Positions 14,723 through 25,105 are shown, numbered from the stretch's first letter. The stretch: DNA of 32,000 nucleotides from Edaphobacter aggregans (GCF_003945235.1 NZ_RSDW01000001.1:5820001-5852000); one strand, 5' to 3'. Notes: generated by a model not told the origin, from the letters alone. Numbers and translations: made by a program.

Positions 14723-15598
14723 ATGCTCGCCGACTTGGCTACGTTAATTGGCAAAGCGATGGGAAACGCCTCACAAATGGCAATGCCAGTTGCTGGGCTT
14801 ACGCTCTACCCAAACACTGTTCCGACTGCCAAATCCTTGTACGTATGAGCCGAGTCTGCTTGTCATTCCACAAGGCCGCAAGCGCGTTGACCTAGGCAAG
14901 GAAAGCTATGTTTTCGGGGAAACCACGTTTCTACTGACATCGATCGAACTTCCGATCGTTAGCCATGTCTGCTCAGCCAGTGTCGAGAGGCCTTACCTCG
15001 CGTTCTTCTTCAAACTCGATATGGGGATGGTCGCGATGTTCTTCACTCCGACGAGGTGTCGATTCCCGCGCCGCCAGCTGGAACACGCGGGATGGTGCTG
15101 GGTGAGGCAACGGTAGAACTCCTTGCGCCGTGCTGCCGCATGGTTCAGCTTCTCGATGCGCCTCAGGATGTCCCGTTCTTTGGCAAGCTCCTCCAGCGAG
15201 AGATCATCTACCGACTCCTTCAGGGGACACAAGGAGATCGCCTGCGTTCCGTTGCTACACTGGCTGACCAAAACCATCGAACAGCAAAGGCGGTCAATTG
15301 GCTGCGTGAGAACTACGAGAAGACAGTGAACGTGGATGATCTTGCGTCGATGACCGGGATGAGTAGATCGACCCTCCACCATCACTTCCGCAGCCTCACA
15401 GCCATGAGTCCGCTCCAGTTTCAAAAACAGCTTCGGCTTCACGCTGCGCGTCAGAAGATGCTCACGTGGGAACTGGATGCCGCGAGTGCAGCCTTTGAGG
15501 TTGGGTATGAGAGTCCGAGTCAGTTCAATCGGGAGTACAAACGATTCTTCGGCCAACCGCCGATGCGCGATATTCACGCACTTCGGGCCTCCGGATAA
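14723..15598 (+). pseudogene. YqhC-like AraC-family regulator (AraC_N plus HTH_18) with two 1-nt frameshifts
   Basis: The frame-2 start gives MLADLATLIGKA...GLTLYPNTVPTA. It shifts to frame 3 near 14831-14833 (extra A) for NPCTYEPSLLVIPQGRKRV...ERPYLAFFFKLDMGMV. It returns to frame 2 near 15032 (missing C) for RDVLHSDEV...REIIYRLLQG...GYESPSQFNREYKRFFG. Confidence 0.8.
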
Positions 15599-15608
15599 GT
15601 AACGGGAA

Positions 15609-15688
15609 GTCGGCCAGTGTTTACAAATCCAGTCCACCTGCACGCAAAAACCGGCTATTGTCCGACATGACGCCTTTTCGTCCAAGTG
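15609..15688 (+). repeat. Repeat family copy B (80 bp, internally deleted or truncated)
   Basis: GTCGGCCAGTGTTTACAAATCCAGTCCAC is identical to the start of copy A, and it ends with TTTTCGTCCAAGTG as in copy C. It begins 10 nt after the AraC stop. Confidence 0.7.
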
Positions 15689-15834
15689 ACGAGAAGGGCG
15701 TCTCCCGGTACCTAACCTGTATGGGCTCTCGTTTTCCGGTGAGTGCAGCGCTTCCTATTCGCGGCGCTCGGTCACCGGCTGTTTCTGAAGTGATTAGCGC
15801 CCGAAACCAAGAGCTCTTGTGACCGATAAGTCAA

Positions 15835-16275
15835 TTGGTCACCAGGATCCCAATACTGAGAAGCCTGCTGCCCCGATACTGTGCAAGAGCTCGTCTGCTG
15901 CGGCGAAGAGGCTTAATCTTCGGCCGCTCAGTCCATCCGCCTCTGTATGACTGTATCTTGCGGTTTGCTTCCGACCTGGCCATCCGGCCTCGGGACATGC
16001 ACCACATCATGGTTCCCGAAGAGGCCTACCAACTTATTGCAGAAAAGAATGGGGTAGCACTGCTTTCGAAGACGAGCGCGCTCAAAATGCGCGGGATGGG
16101 GTCACGATTCGTCCTCTTGTAGAACAACGGCTGATACTCAAAACCTTCCTGGCTTCGCGAGTGGACAATCAGTCGAAGTTAACCAGCGAGGTTGTACGAG
16201 CGTTTGGGCGGAAGATGCGGACGCTTGATGGAGCCCCCCAACTCAATCTTCCGATTTCTGCGTGATTTCATTGTT
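15835..16275 (+). pseudogene. LysR-family regulator remnant (C-terminal substrate-binding half only, plus a frameshift)
   Basis: LIFGRSVHPPLYDCILRFASDLAIRPRDMHHIMVPEEAYQLIAEKNGVALLSKTSA continues in another frame (from ~16085) as RDGVTIRPLVEQRLILKTFLASRVDNQSKLTSEVVRAF. The HTH and N-terminal ~150 aa are absent. Confidence 0.65.
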
Positions 16276-16443
16276 CGTTCTAATATCCTGACTACTTACG
16301 ATCTGAACGTTGATTGGACCCGATGATCCGCATCGGGGACACGTGATAATACCAGTCGAAATCGCCTTCAGGTCGATGTCGTTTCCTCGTACAACGTGTC
16401 CACACTTCTTGCATTGATGCGTATGTTCCAGCTCTGCGCGCAT
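16243..16443 (-). CDS. Small zinc-ribbon protein (CxxC...CxxC, 66 aa); may itself be a fragment
   Basis: QCKKCGHVV...ITCPRCGSS gives two CxxC pairs. An upstream out-of-frame stretch (DRWIWK.QYWGIEPDLPFDERLKQLVESARKK) and a T7 run at 16455-16461 suggest a longer ancestral gene. Confidence 0.35.
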   Translation of the reverse strand: MRAELEHTHQCKKCGHVVRGNDIDLKAISTGIITCPRCGSSGPINVQIVSSQDIRTNNEITQKSED

Positions 16444-16712
16444 CCTTCTGGGCCTTTTTTTCTTGCAGACTCTACCAATTGCTTCAACCTTTCATCAAAA
16501 GGTAGGTCTGGCTCAATCCCCCAATATTGCTACTTCCAAATCCAGCGATCTTTGTTATCGCGTTCATCGTTTAAGAGATCGTTAGAACCAAAACAGCGAC
16601 GTTCGCCCATTGAAGACCCCGATCTGAGTCTTTAGCCGACATCCCGAACAGCACCCATCCCTCGGATGTCTTCCGGGTCAAGCACTTCTCGATACATACT
16701 AAAATCCGAATC

Positions 16713-17198
16713 ATGACTAAGAACATTCCGTCGCTCTACGATTGGATTGGGGGGCGCAGAACCGCTCAGACAACTGATTGACCGCTTTTATCAGAAAGTT
16801 CCCGCCGACCCGATCCTTGCTCCGGTCTTCGCTCACATGTCACCCGAACATTTTCAACACGTGGCGCAGTTTATTGGCGAGGTATTGGGCGGCCCTTCCG
16901 ACTACTCCACTCATCACGGCGGACATGCTGAGATGATTCGTCATCACCTAAACCGACACATTACCGATCAGCAGCGCCAGCGTTGGATGAACTGTTACTC
17001 GAAACAGCCGACGAAATGCGGCTCCCCTCTGATCCCGAGTTTCGTTCAGCCCTCGTTGCCTATCTCGAGTGGGGTTCTCGTCTTGCCGTTATCAATTCCG
17101 GCCTCCCTGCCGAGACTCCTGTTATCGACTCTCCTATGCCTGCTTGGAGTTGGGGTGTCCCCGGCGGCCCTTACCAGCCCACAGCGGACGAGGAATAA
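16713..17198 (+). pseudogene. Group-II truncated haemoglobin (GlbO-like) with two 1-nt frameshifts in G runs
   Basis: MTKNIPSLYDWIGG (frame 3) shifts to AEPLRQLIDRFYQKVPADPILAPVFAHM...QQRQRW (frame 1) after a G6 run at 16749-16754. It shifts back to DELLLETADEMRLPSDPEFRSALVAYLEWGSRLAV (frame 3) at TGG/GAT near 16985. Confidence 0.8.
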
Positions 17199-17487
17199 TG
17201 TGACCCCAGAGTTATTTTTTGGGGCTTGCGAAACCGTCTACGCTAATAGGCGTCGGAGGCGCCCTCAAAGGTGACAAATCGTTTGGGTTCGCATCATGCC
17301 TTATCCAATCTAGCAAGATAGGCTTGCATGTCTTTGTCAGCTTTGAAGGAATGGGAAGTCGGATATACCCGTTCCTCGGGTGGCAGACCGCTTGCGGCTG
17401 GATGTAAAGTATCGATATCGAACTCCGGGCTGCAATTTGTAGCCGTTCGTCGACTCAAGTCAGTCAAACATCCGAAAGGCTGTTCCT

Positions 17488-18144
17488 ATGGCAGACATTC
17501 CCAAGACTAAGTTCTCTCGTCGTGGATTTCTGAAGGGTGCTAGCGTGTCGGCCGCAACGACCGTCATCGAGTCCGCAAGCGCACTGGCTCGCGAGACGAA
17601 AGACTCCTTGTACCACGACCGATCAGTCGGTCCCGACCCACTCGCCGTCAAACTGTTCATTAATGGGCATGAGCATTCTGTAATGATCGAGCCTCGCTAC
17701 ACGCTCGCCGAGACACTGCGCGACAACCTGGGTTTGACCGGCACCAAAGTCGTCTGCGACCGCGGGTCGTGTTCGGCTTGTACGATCTGGATCGACAAGA
17801 CACCGGCGCTTGCATGCATGACACTGGCGATCGACGCAGTTGGCCGCCAAATTACGACGATCGAGGGGCTGTCACACGGCGATACCATGCACCCGGTACA
17901 GGCTGCTTTCGTGAAGCATGATGCAATGCAGTGCGGGTTCTGCACTCCGGGGATGGTGATGAGTTGCGCGGCGCTCTTGGAGCGCAATCCGAACCCCCAT
18001 CTGGACGACGTGAAACACGCGGTCAGCGGAAATCTCTGTCGTTGCGGAACGTATCCGAAGGTGTTTGCGGCAACACTAGATGTTGCAGAGCAACGCAGGC
18101 AAACGGCTGGCCTGGTTTCTCTCGTAGTGGGAAGGGAGGCATAA
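17488..18144 (+). CDS. Tat-exported [2Fe-2S] subunit of a xanthine-dehydrogenase-family oxidoreductase (PaoA/YagT-like)
   Basis: Twin-arginine signal FSRRGFLKGASVSAATTV, plant-type and second 2Fe-2S motifs (CDRGSCSACT, CGFCTPG, CRCGTY). Confidence 0.9.
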   Translation: MADIPKTKFSRRGFLKGASVSAATTVIESASALARETKDSLYHDRSVGPDPLAVKLFINGHEHSVMIEPRYTLAETLRDNLGLTGTKVVCDRGSCSACTIWIDKTPALACMTLAIDAVGRQITTIEGLSHGDTMHPVQAAFVKHDAMQCGFCTPGMVMSCAALLERNPNPHLDDVKHAVSGNLCRCGTYPKVFAATLDVAEQRRQTAGLVSLVVGREA

Positions 18145-18145
18145 G

Positions 18146-20548
18146 ATGGCACTCGATTCGCTCGTACCTGCGGAAGAAAGTGAGCAGGCTTCCCCTGCCA
18201 CGGCGAAGCCGGATATTCCGAAACGCACAGAAAGCTTTGTATTTGGCATTCCACAAAACGGGCTCCAGCAGAAAGAGCGGGAGGTGCCGCTGGACGAGCC
18301 GCCACCTCTGCCTTCAAATGCTGAGCTGGCCTACATCGGCAAGCCAACAGAACGTTACGACGGACCTGCGAAGGTCATGGGCAAGGGCAAGTATACGGCT
18401 GATGTCAATCTGCCCGGTATGCTCTATGCTCGGCTGGTCGATGCGACGATCCCCCATGGCCGCATCGTTTCGATCGACACAAGCGCCGCGGAAAAACTGC
18501 AGGGGGTGCGTGGCGTCCATGTGATCGAGCACGTCTATGGCATCGCTGAACTCCGAGATTCGAAGCAGGAGGCTCCATCGCGGTATCCCGTTGTCCGCTA
18601 TGCCGGACAACCGATAGCTGGAATCGCTGCTACCTCGCACCAGATCGCAGACGATGCGGCCAAGTTGGTGAAGGTGCAGTACGACGAGATGCCATTTGTC
18701 GTCGATCGCTCTGACGCGCGAGCTGAGGATGCTCCGATGGTCTTTCCTGGACCTGCTGATGCCGCCGGTAGTGCAGGTGGAGGCGGCGGACCGAAGGGCG
18801 TTCCTCAAAAGGGCAATGTTCACGGGCCACAGCGAAAAAATGTCGGCGACGTCGAAAAGGGTTTCGCCGAGGCGGACGTGATTGTAGAGGGTGAATATTT
18901 CACCCAGGTCCAGACACATTCTGCGCTGGAAACTCATGGCTTTGTCGTTGATTGGAAACCAGAAGAGGTCACTGTCTACGCCTCGACTCAGGGCACATCG
19001 AGTGTTCGCGACGAGTTCGCCGAGGTCTTTAAGCTACCCAAGAGCAAAGTACGCGTGATCACCGAGTACATGGGCGGCGGCTTCGGCGCGAAATTCGGCG
19101 CAGGCAACGAAGGCGTTATCGCGGCGACCCTCTCGCAGAAGGCACATGCGCCCGTCAAGCTGATGCTCGACCGCCGCCAGGAGCACATCGTCTCCAATCG
19201 GCCGGACTCGCATCAGACTCTGAAAATCGGCGCAAAGCGGGACGGCACCCTGACCGCGATCCATCTCACCAGCTACGGCACAGCAGGCGTAGGTACTGGA
19301 GCTGGCACGGCTGGTCCCGCAACCAATATGTATAAGTGCCCCAACCTGCTCACCGATGAGTATGACGTCTTTGTGAACGCTGGTCCCGGCGCGGCATTCC
19401 GCGCACCAGGACACCCGCAGGGATGCTTTGCGTTCGAGCAGGCCATCGACGAACTCGCCGTCAAGCTCAACATGGACCCACTCACCTTCCGTGAAAAGAT
19501 CGATGAGAGCCCGGCTCGAAAGGCCGAGAGGCAAGTGATTCTCGAGCGTACGAACTGGCGCAATCGCAGGGCCGCCGGCTCTGACAGCGGCCCGATCAAA
19601 CGCGGCATGGGGCTTGCGCAGTCGGTCTGGTACCGCTTAGTCAGCATGGATTCATCGTGCGAGGTCCGTGTCTCGCGCGACGGGTCGGTCGAGCTAATGT
19701 CTGCGGTGCAGGACCTCGGAACAGGAACCAAGACCATGCTTGCGATTATCGTTGCTGAGGAATTTGGCATTCCTCCCTCGAGCGTGGTTATCCGCATCGG
19801 CGACACACGTTTCCCCATCGGGCCGGATTCCGGTGGCAGTGTTACCGCAGGCTCGATCACACCTGCAGCCCGCAATGCGGCCTATCAGGCGAAGCAGAAG
19901 CTCTTCGCCGCAATTGCCCCCCAGTTCGGTACTACCGCGGACAACCTTACAGTCCAAAACGGAAGCATTGCATTCAAAAATGATGCATCGCGCTCCTACA
20001 CGCTCAAGCAGGTAACGGCAAAGCTGCCGACAGCTGAAATCTCCGCCCGAGCGACGCGCGCGGCCGAATACTCGAAAGAGCGCATCACCTACGGCGGAGT
20101 CGATTATGTCGAGCTTGCCGTCGACACTGAGACCGGACGCGTGCATATCGAGAAGGTCTTCGGCGCACATGATTGCGGCCGTCCCATCAACCCGTTGGGT
20201 GTCATCAGCCAGATCAACGGTGGCATCCTGCAAGGCATCTCCTACGCGCTTTTCGAGCAACGAATTATGGATCGCAACGCCGGTCACATGCTGAACGCGA
20301 ATCTCGAAAACTACAAGATCCTCGGTGCCCGTGAGGTTCCTCAGATCGACATCGTTCTTGTCGAAAATTACATCGCGCAAAGCTCAACAGACGCTGCTGG
20401 CATTGGCGAATCAGCGGGCATCATCACCCTGGCCGCTGCGATCGGTAACGCGTTCTACAACGCCACGGGCGTTCGTATGCGAAAAATCCCTATGACTCCG
20501 GCAAACGTACTTAGCGCGCTTGGAAAAGTGCAGGAGGTGCAGGCATGA
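18146..20548 (+). CDS. Molybdopterin-binding large subunit (PaoC/YagR-like), 800 aa
   Basis: GKGKYTADVNLPGMLYARLV..., GGGFGAKF and FRAPGHPQG are xanthine dehydrogenase / aldehyde oxidase family motifs. The start is 1 nt after the upstream stop. Confidence 0.92.
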   Translation: MALDSLVPAEESEQASPATAKPDIPKRTESFVFGIPQNGLQQKEREVPLDEPPPLPSNAELAYIGKPTERYDGPAKVMGKGKYTADVNLPGMLYARLVDATIPHGRIVSIDTSAAEKLQGVRGVHVIEHVYGIAELRDSKQEAPSRYPVVRYAGQPIAGIAATSHQIADDAAKLVKVQYDEMPFVVDRSDARAEDAPMVFPGPADAAGSAGGGGGPKGVPQKGNVHGPQRKNVGDVEKGFAEADVIVEGEYFTQVQTHSALETHGFVVDWKPEEVTVYASTQGTSSVRDEFAEVFKLPKSKVRVITEYMGGGFGAKFGAGNEGVIAATLSQKAHAPVKLMLDRRQEHIVSNRPDSHQTLKIGAKRDGTLTAIHLTSYGTAGVGTGAGTAGPATNMYKCPNLLTDEYDVFVNAGPGAAFRAPGHPQGCFAFEQAIDELAVKLNMDPLTFREKIDESPARKAERQVILERTNWRNRRAAGSDSGPIKRGMGLAQSVWYRLVSMDSSCEVRVSRDGSVELMSAVQDLGTGTKTMLAIIVAEEFGIPPSSVVIRIGDTRFPIGPDSGGSVTAGSITPAARNAAYQAKQKLFAAIAPQFGTTADNLTVQNGSIAFKNDASRSYTLKQVTAKLPTAEISARATRAAEYSKERITYGGVDYVELAVDTETGRVHIEKVFGAHDCGRPINPLGVISQINGGILQGISYALFEQRIMDRNAGHMLNANLENYKILGAREVPQIDIVLVENYIAQSSTDAAGIGESAGIITLAAAIGNAFYNATGVRMRKIPMTPANVLSALGKVQEVQA

Positions 20549-21549
20549 ACAAGTTCGCATTTGTCGATTGCACTACAGTAGACGAAGCTCTCGGCCAACT
20601 CGGCGATGGTGCTACCGTCAAGGCAGGTGGCATCGATCTGCTAGACCTGATGAAGGACGAGATAGTATCGCCGTCGAAGCTTGTCAATATTCGCAACGTC
20701 GAGAGCCTTCGCGGGATCACCTCCGGCAAAGATGGCCTGCACCTTGGACCACTGTCTACTTTGAGCGAGATTGCGAACCATCCTGAGATTCAGAAAAGCT
20801 ATACAGCACTGGCAGATGCTGCCGGTCACGCGGCCACACCGCAGGTGCGCAATATGGCGACGCTTGGCGGTAACATTATGCAGCGCCCACGCTGCTGGTA
20901 CTTTCGCTCCAACGACTTCAACTGCAAAAAGAAGAGCGGTTCGAGCGACGACTGTCATGCGCACGCCGGCGAGAACCAATATCACGCCATTATGAACAAT
21001 GGCACCTGCGCGATGGTACATCCCTCCTCGGCGGCTGTACCGCTGATCGCAATGAATGCTCAGGTGGAACTCACGTCGAAGCGAGGAAAGCGCACGGTAG
21101 CCACGAGCGATTTTTACGTGCCACCCGAGAAAGACCTCCTCAACGAGACCGTAGTACAACCTGGCGAACTGATTACTGGCATCTTCGTACCGGCGCCGGA
21201 ACTCGGTACCCGCTCTGCCTATCAGAAATATGGAGAAAAGGAGAGCTTCGATTGGCCACTCGCCGATGCCGGAGTCGTATTAGTCATGGACGGAGCCCGT
21301 TGCCGAAAGGCATCGATCGTGCTCGGTGTCGCCGCTCCGACACCCATCCGTTCCACCTCAGCAGAGGCCATCCTGACCGGAAAAACAATTGATGAGTCCA
21401 CCGCCCGCGCGGCTGCAAGCGCAGCCATGCAAGGTGCGACGCCGCTATCGCAGAACGGATTCAAGATGCAACTCTTCCAGACCGCCATCTACCGCACCGT
21501 CTTGCTAGCAGCCGGGCAGATGCCGCGCGACCCAAGCTCCATTGGTTAA
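20545..21549 (+). CDS. FAD-binding subunit (PaoB/YagS-like) with a 4-Cys insert
   Basis: The FAD_binding_5 pattern is present (KAGGIDLLDLMK, ATLGGNI) and an ATGA overlaps the upstream gene. The insert is RCWYFRSNDFNCKKKSGSSDDCHAHAGENQYHAIMNNGTCAMVHPS. Confidence 0.9.
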   Translation: MNKFAFVDCTTVDEALGQLGDGATVKAGGIDLLDLMKDEIVSPSKLVNIRNVESLRGITSGKDGLHLGPLSTLSEIANHPEIQKSYTALADAAGHAATPQVRNMATLGGNIMQRPRCWYFRSNDFNCKKKSGSSDDCHAHAGENQYHAIMNNGTCAMVHPSSAAVPLIAMNAQVELTSKRGKRTVATSDFYVPPEKDLLNETVVQPGELITGIFVPAPELGTRSAYQKYGEKESFDWPLADAGVVLVMDGARCRKASIVLGVAAPTPIRSTSAEAILTGKTIDESTARAAASAAMQGATPLSQNGFKMQLFQTAIYRTVLLAAGQMPRDPSSIG

Positions 21550-21560
21550 GGAGATCCGAT

Positions 21561-21788
21561 ATGACAACCCTTGTGCAACTTAGTTGTGCCTCACTCCGTA
21601 GCAAATCTTCTTACGCGGCCTATGGTGAATTTCATGAGGAACACGCAGACCTGATGGGAGCCACAGCGACCTACTGGTGCCTCAAGACCATGAGCAAGGC
21701 AGGTCCGGACGATCACTACGTCCATCGCTCAATCTGTCAGGAAGGGCGATCCTGTTGGGAAAGTTGCGATGCTGGGGCGCAAAGGTAG
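21561..21788 (+). CDS. Small Cys-rich conserved hypothetical protein (75 aa)
   Basis: AGGAG lies 7 nt upstream of the ATG, 12 nt after the FAD-subunit stop. Sequence CASLRSK...YWCLKTMSKAGPDDHYVH...CQEGRSCWESC resembles small proteins I have seen in Acidobacteria and Planctomycetes. Function unknown. Confidence 0.6.
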   Translation: MTTLVQLSCASLRSKSSYAAYGEFHEEHADLMGATATYWCLKTMSKAGPDDHYVHRSICQEGRSCWESCDAGAQR

Positions 21789-22191
21789 CTCCCCGTTACG
21801 AACGGTTGACGTAAGCCACGCTGCAATCGAGTATCACGGCACAATACGGCGTTGGCCGCGGATACCGTTGGCTTAGTACACTCCCGAGTCACGGTCAATT
21901 CGGAAGTAATTCTTGGCTTGCGAGAACGGGCCTCATCCCTCATTAAATTTCGCCTTAGATTGCACCGATTTATCACCGTCGCCTAGCCGACGATCCGTGC
22001 GTAGTCACTCTCCAATTTTCCTAATTGGAACTATGAACTCGATTTCGTGGGAGCCGACCCTGCAATTTCCTTCCCCAACCGAATCAATCAATCTGCCTCA
22101 ATCATTTCGCCGGGGGAAATGGAGTGATCCGCCAATCGTTACTGGAGAGCGCTCTCAGCTCATGAGACGGCCTGTTCTCGCCAGCTGGCAA

Positions 22192-23832
22192 TCAGTTTTC
22201 GGCCAATGCTTCGCGGTCGCTCGTCTTTGCTTCAGAACTCAGACTCATCGTTGCCGTTGTAGCGAAGACCTGCTTCATGATGTTTTCGATGATCTTTAGC
22301 TGTGGTGCGACAGGGCGGACGCCGATCATGCGACCGAGCTCGAGACATTGATCTGAGTGTGCATCGTATCGTGTCCACGCAGGAAGACCCGGAGCATTTG
22401 GGTCCCCGGTTCTCGCGAACTGCGTCCAGTAGGTGCGCATTAAGTTACCGAGCATTTTGTCGTCGTCGCTGTGCTCCCAGTCGGAGGGGAAGGAATCACT
22501 CAGAAAACGGAGTTCTTCCCCGTGATACGCACCAAGATGTGTTCGCTTGCCGGTCTCGGAAAAAGTGACGCAATATAGATATGCCTTCCGACCTGCGCTT
22601 GTCATAGCTCGCGCCATCGACCGGGCGCCATAGGCAAAGGTATCGTTCTGAATCCGCAAATATTGTTCCGGGACATCGGCATCCGTCGCTACAGGGTAAG
22701 CTTGAAATTCCTGGTCGGTGTACTTTCCGGTGTCGTTCAGCAGATACTGCTTATATTGATCGACGGTTTTCACGTCGTTGTGGCCGAAGACGGTTGCTTC
22801 ATCGGCGTTGCTGCCGACAAGGACTGGGATCTGGAGTTCCTTGCCTTCGGCGTAGATCTTTGCGGGTTGCTCTGGAAGTACCCATCCGTCAACGATGGCG
22901 TCAAAATGAACTTGCCGGTCCTGGCTCCAAGACTTCAGAATTTCCGTGACGGGAATACTGCGGAGTTTTCGCAATGCCTCCGGACCGTTCGCAACTCCCA
23001 GATCACCGGCCAATCGTTCTCCCGCGCCTTCGCCGGTGCCCGCGATAAAGTTATAAGGGAGGGGCGTGCGGATGTCTTCGTCGAGGACACTCTGGCAATC
23101 GCCGCTCTCCATAATCGCTCGCTGAAATAACCCAGCCGACATCGGTGATGCCATGAGCAAACAGATATCGACTGAACCGGCGGACTGACCCATCACCGTA
23201 ATCCGATTGGGATCTCCACCAAGGCGAGAGATATTCTCACGCACCCACTTCAGCACCTCCAGTTGATCGAGCAGACCATAATTTCCGGAAGAGTGGTGCG
23301 GAGACTCGGCCGTAAGCGCTGGATGCGCAAAGAATCCCATCGGGCCAAGGCGATAGTTGGCACTGACCACGACAACGCCCAGACGCGAAAGCGCGGGACC
23401 AAGCGGGTCCAATTGGCTATAGCCCGTAGTGTTTGACCCCCCGTGAAAATAGACGATGACAGGCAGCCTCGGGCCCACGTAGAGGTGCGTCGTCCAGACG
23501 TTCAAGTAGAGGCAGTCTTCATTCCAACCGATATACGGAAGCCAACCTGCAGGAAGCTGCGGACAAGCTGCGCCGAACTTCATTGCTCTGCGCATACCGG
23601 TCCATGGCCTTACCGACTGTGGGGGTTTCCAGCGCAGATCACCAACTGGTGGAGCGGCATATGGAACGCCGAGGAATGCCACTCCAGTTTGCCCAGATCC
23701 GAAATGTACCCCTTCGACGATGCCAACCTTAAGCATCACCATCGGAGCTGCGACAACCGCCGCGGCCAGGTCTACTCGAGCAGAGAGACATATCAGGAAA
23801 CACGCTAAGGACACATAGAAATGCCGTCGCAT
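22192..23832 (-). CDS. Type-B carboxylesterase/lipase family protein, secreted
   Basis: GVPYAAPPVGDLRWKPP, EDCLYLNVW, FHGGS and the nucleophile elbow GQSAGS are present, with an N-terminal signal-like segment. Confidence 0.92.
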   Translation of the reverse strand: MRRHFYVSLACFLICLSARVDLAAAVVAAPMVMLKVGIVEGVHFGSGQTGVAFLGVPYAAPPVGDLRWKPPQSVRPWTGMRRAMKFGAACPQLPAGWLPYIGWNEDCLYLNVWTTHLYVGPRLPVIVYFHGGSNTTGYSQLDPLGPALSRLGVVVVSANYRLGPMGFFAHPALTAESPHHSSGNYGLLDQLEVLKWVRENISRLGGDPNRITVMGQSAGSVDICLLMASPMSAGLFQRAIMESGDCQSVLDEDIRTPLPYNFIAGTGEGAGERLAGDLGVANGPEALRKLRSIPVTEILKSWSQDRQVHFDAIVDGWVLPEQPAKIYAEGKELQIPVLVGSNADEATVFGHNDVKTVDQYKQYLLNDTGKYTDQEFQAYPVATDADVPEQYLRIQNDTFAYGARSMARAMTSAGRKAYLYCVTFSETGKRTHLGAYHGEELRFLSDSFPSDWEHSDDDKMLGNLMRTYWTQFARTGDPNAPGLPAWTRYDAHSDQCLELGRMIGVRPVAPQLKIIENIMKQVFATTATMSLSSEAKTSDREALAEN

Positions 23833-23871
23833 GGCTAACGCCTTTCACGGACCGGGGGTCTTCTGTCACGT

Positions 23872-24426
23872 TTATTTACGCGAGTATTCGCCCTGAAACT
23901 CCACAGTCCAAGTGGCGCCCCTGTCTGCCGATTTCTCCCATGTCTGCGTGACCTTGTCCGCGTTCACACGCACCACTCGGATTCGATTGAGAGTCGCCGC
24001 TCCATTCGGACCGCGACTAGGTCCGTAAAACTCGGCCAAGCCTGACGTCACTTTACCCTTGAATACGTGCACTCGACCCTGGTTGTCCGCGAACATTCCA
24101 TGCCAACTCCCATCATCCGAGCTATAAGCAAACACATTTTCGCCCTTGTGACCTCTTCCGCCATCCCAGGTCTCGACGAGAACGCATTTGTCCAGCCTCA
24201 GGTATACCTTGCTGGTACTGCCGCCGGGCGCGCCGGGATACGTTATCGTCCAATCACCAAGCCAGTAATCGAACTGTTGTCTTTCCGGGCTTGCAGAACA
24301 CGACAACGGATCTGCTGCAGCGAACGTTGGCAAGGTCGCCACGCCAAACCACACTACTGTGCCGGCAACGAAAAGAAGGCTTCTGAACCACCTCAACCTG
24401 CGAACAACTAATTCTCGTTTCATCAT
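23872..24426 (-). CDS. Secreted or membrane-anchored hypothetical protein (beta-rich)
   Basis: The start at 24426 has GGAGGAG 5 nt upstream. There is a hydrophobic signal/anchor LLFVAGTVVWFGVATLPTFAAA. The FDYWLGDWTI...CVLVETW...W motif resembles a soil-bacterial DUF, but the family is not assigned. Confidence 0.7.
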   Translation of the reverse strand: MMKRELVVRRLRWFRSLLFVAGTVVWFGVATLPTFAAADPLSCSASPERQQFDYWLGDWTITYPGAPGGSTSKVYLRLDKCVLVETWDGGRGHKGENVFAYSSDDGSWHGMFADNQGRVHVFKGKVTSGLAEFYGPSRGPNGAATLNRIRVVRVNADKVTQTWEKSADRGATWTVEFQGEYSRK

Positions 24427-24601
24427 TGCGGCTCCTCCGAGATCAAACCACCAGACACGAACAGGTGACGGTTTGGGTATTGTCTTGCGACTTTTCAAAG
24501 TGCGTTCTTGCATTCATCTCAACCCGCTGCTGGCCGGCGTGCGCGAAACCGAAATGCGCCAGAGTTCTTTTCCACGTCCAATACCTGAAATCCTGCGGCC
24601 T

Positions 24602-25105
24602 CTAACCGCACGCCAAATGTATCCGGGGCAACGGGCACAAGCGTGTCACGATGTGAATCAGTCGCATGAACAAGCTTTGTATGCTGTCGCTACCCACGAA
24701 GACTCCACCCGGCGTTATCACGCGCCATACCTCGCGCAGCAGTTGGTCCTGCAACTCAGGAGACGGCACATGATGCAGCATCGTAAACGACACTGCTCCC
24801 GAAAACTGACCGTCCGCGAACGGCATCGTAGTCGCGTCACCGGCGATCACTTCGACATTGCTGCCGCTTAGCCGCAAACGCAGCGACGCGGCCAGCCCAG
24901 GGTCAACTTCAATCGCCGTCAGGCGCTCCAACGTCAGCCGCAACAGATCCGTTGTCAGGCCAGGCCCAGGTCCAAGCTCAAGGACATTCTGTCCCAGATC
25001 CGCACCGGAAACGACCCACGGCACTCGCCTCTCGATGGTCTTTCGCCATCGTCCGGATCGACACAACCAATGATGTAAACGATTCACGCGCCCGCCTTCC
25101 TCCAT
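24602..25105 (-). CDS. Class I SAM-dependent methyltransferase
   Basis: Motif I is VLELGPGPGLTT, followed by downstream acidic and aromatic motifs (IAGDATTMPF...FDGA-like). Confidence 0.8.
   Translation of the reverse strand: MEEGGRVNRLHHWLCRSGRWRKTIERRVPWVVSGADLGQNVLELGPGPGLTTDLLRLTLERLTAIEVDPGLAASLRLRLSGSNVEVIAGDATTMPFADGQFSGAVSFTMLHHVPSPELQDQLLREVWRVITPGGVFVGSDSIQSLFMRLIHIVTRLCPLPRIHLACG

Noticed and set aside
14993-15685. 230-aa minus-strand ORF
   Set aside because: Antisense shadow of the AraC pseudogene that also runs through repeat copy B. No motifs.
17697-20380. Minus-strand ORFs 17697..18347, 18314..18937, 19034..19534, 19273..19875 and 19694..20380
   Set aside because: Antisense to the well-supported pao-like genes.
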